From positions 22,010,001 through 22,074,000 of the forward strand of contig OZ365114.1 in assembly GCA_977030845.1 (NCBI GenBank): DNA of 64,000 nt. The letters run 5' to 3'. Origin of the DNA: Fimbriosthenelais zetlandica (taxonomy: Eukaryota). The number at the start of each line of letters is the position of its first letter. Positions within the stretch are counted from its first letter, which is position 1. Below are positions 62,035 to 64,000 of this stretch, in pieces. The translations under genes and the position numbers were made by a program. The notes beneath the pieces are model-generated. The model was not told the DNA's origin. It made no database searches and saw nothing but the letters and a program-made list of their open reading frames with translations.

Positions 62035-64000
62035 CTGAAAAAGAAATACTGGTACTTGACAAACTCCATCATCAGGGTCTTGCATGACTTGTCCAATGCT
62101 CTTGAGCAATCCAGGAAATGTTCTGGAGAGTCCAAGGACAATCTGATGCACAGAAGGCAATTTTGTAGCTGAATGACAAAAATATGTGAGAAACCTAGAA
62201 CTCACTCGTGCTCGCAATCCTTCCTTCTTGTCTTTGAAGATGGCCGTATGGAAGACGTTCATTAACATCTTCTATAATGGTAAAAAAACAGATAAATAGG
62301 ATCAGTCAGCAAATCATAGTCATTGGTGGATCATCGTGAATCTAGAGCCAAATTATTAAACATTGACTGAAATGAACTGCTAATATAACTGTCAAGACAC
62401 ATAGGAAAATATACAAGCTGTTGTCAGGATGTTTGGTGTACGTTTGAATACGAATGCACATTATCTGGTCTCACTCAGAGTAATTCGTTGGGAGTACTAT
62501 TATCTAGTCAGAATAATAACACTTTACGTGTGGAAGCTATGTTGGAATCTATTGCATCACCATACACTTAGTACAGGTTAAGAAATAGTGGAATATAGGA
62601 AGAGAACAAGAAAAGGATTTCTAAATGAAGGGAAATGCTTAAAATGTTTTACTTTCTACTTCTGAATTTGCAGGAAGATTAATCTCGCAAAAAATATGCC
62701 CAGTGCGCACATTAAGATAGGATTAGGATAGGCCACATTATATAGAACAAAGACAATGGTCATGTAGAACTCTACAGACTACAGGACGACAAAAACATGC
62801 TATTACATGACACACTCCGCTTATATAACTAGCCAACCAAGCAAGTTTTCTCTTATTGTGAAGATGGTATCATTCATGTATTACATTCATACATTCCAAC
62901 CCAACAGATTCTACTAATAATTCCGAATTTAGTTCTAAACAAAAGGTTAAATAATTTAAACTTTAGCAGACACATTTTCTTAAGAAAATGAGTCAGAATT
63001 TATTTATTCTAGAGTTGTGCTTAAATCAATCTTTGTTTACCAAATGGGTTATCTAATTTCCTAGTCACGCCGCGCATTCCTTCATTCATGTTGGCCTTAC
63101 CTTCCATTTCAAAGTCTGCTCCATCATACGAGCAACGGAAATGAAAATGAGATACTTTCAAATATTTGAAAGGGTTTCATTTTAATGATATTTTCAAATT
63201 TTGGCAACGAAGAGAGAATCGATTCCTTTTCAAGCTTATTCTTTGCACTTGACAAACTAGACACCTGCACGCAAGAATAGTATATTAGTCTTAAGAAAGT
63301 ACCGACGTGATATATCACATAGTGAGCCTAGCAAAGAAATAAGATCTCATTATTTATTTCACTCCTTAAGTTATATATATAGACTTCCTTGCACCTTCGT
63401 ATATTTTTAGCCTACAAAAGGCAGGCTGCTAGCTAGGTAATTTGTGATGTAACAAAAGGTATGGAAATTAAGTCAATTCCTTAGCATGCCTATCATACGA
63501 CAAAAGGGTCGGAAGTGGCGGCGCATTGATGGATAGGGTTCTCTGAAGGAACTGAGAGGTTATTACTCTATTACAGAAACAGGGCCACAGGGAGATGGGC
63601 AATAACTGAGTGAGCAAAAGGTGTATACAGCCGGAGATAATGGCTAACTATTCCACATGCATAATAGGTTTATCATAAATATATAAATCAGTTTGGAAAA
63701 AGGATGGTGCAAGGAGGATAACTGCCCATTTTGTTCGTATAATATGGTTTCATGAAATCGATAGTTTAACATGTCGAATTGTGCACAACATTTACTCATT
63801 TTAGTGAATTTTCATTTGAGTCAACTTGATTCTTCATATTACAAATAACATTTTGTGATACAGACAAGATAATATCCACCATGATCACATAATCTCGTCC
63901 AACAACACAATTTACAGCAAGAATATCAATCGCTATTGCTAATCAATATTTATATAACATTAACAGTGAAAAAGTCAAAAGGTGAACATTTTGTGTAATC

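Overview
Eukaryotic DNA, AT-rich and with GT-AG spliceosomal introns, most likely from a bilaterian invertebrate; the species cannot be determined from sequence alone. The left 36.5 kb is one minus-strand gene, an Eyes shut (EYS/spacemaker) orthologue. I reconstructed 46 phase-consistent coding exons by hand (11,893 nt, >3,960 aa, 3' end outside the window): signal peptide, EYS-type N-terminal domain, about 50 EGF repeats, a ~1,000-aa Ser/Thr-rich exon, then LamG/EGF modules. Only two of its introns are large, and both contain plus-strand genes with intronless CDSs: a TRIM-NHL E3 ligase (intron 1385-10840), and a pair of unrecognised secreted low-complexity proteins (intron 21595-28169). One of the pair is Arg/Asp/Met/Ser-rich with MDRG repeats; the other is Gly/Gln/Tyr-rich with 15 QGSYG(QG) repeats. 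The right half holds MKRN2OS (+), an orphan two-TM protein (-), a block of mobile or repeat DNA (tRNA-like SINE head, ~950-bp foldback palindrome, tandem repeats), a beta-propeller-like gene (-), a laccase-type multicopper oxidase (+) and a probably GPI-anchored CUB-domain gene (-, 5' end unresolved). The oxidase has a His-to-Asp change at a type-1 copper ligand and a possible secreted/membrane isoform switch. The best candidates for an undescribed system are the nested secreted pair and the atypical oxidase; any functional link between them is a hypothesis only.
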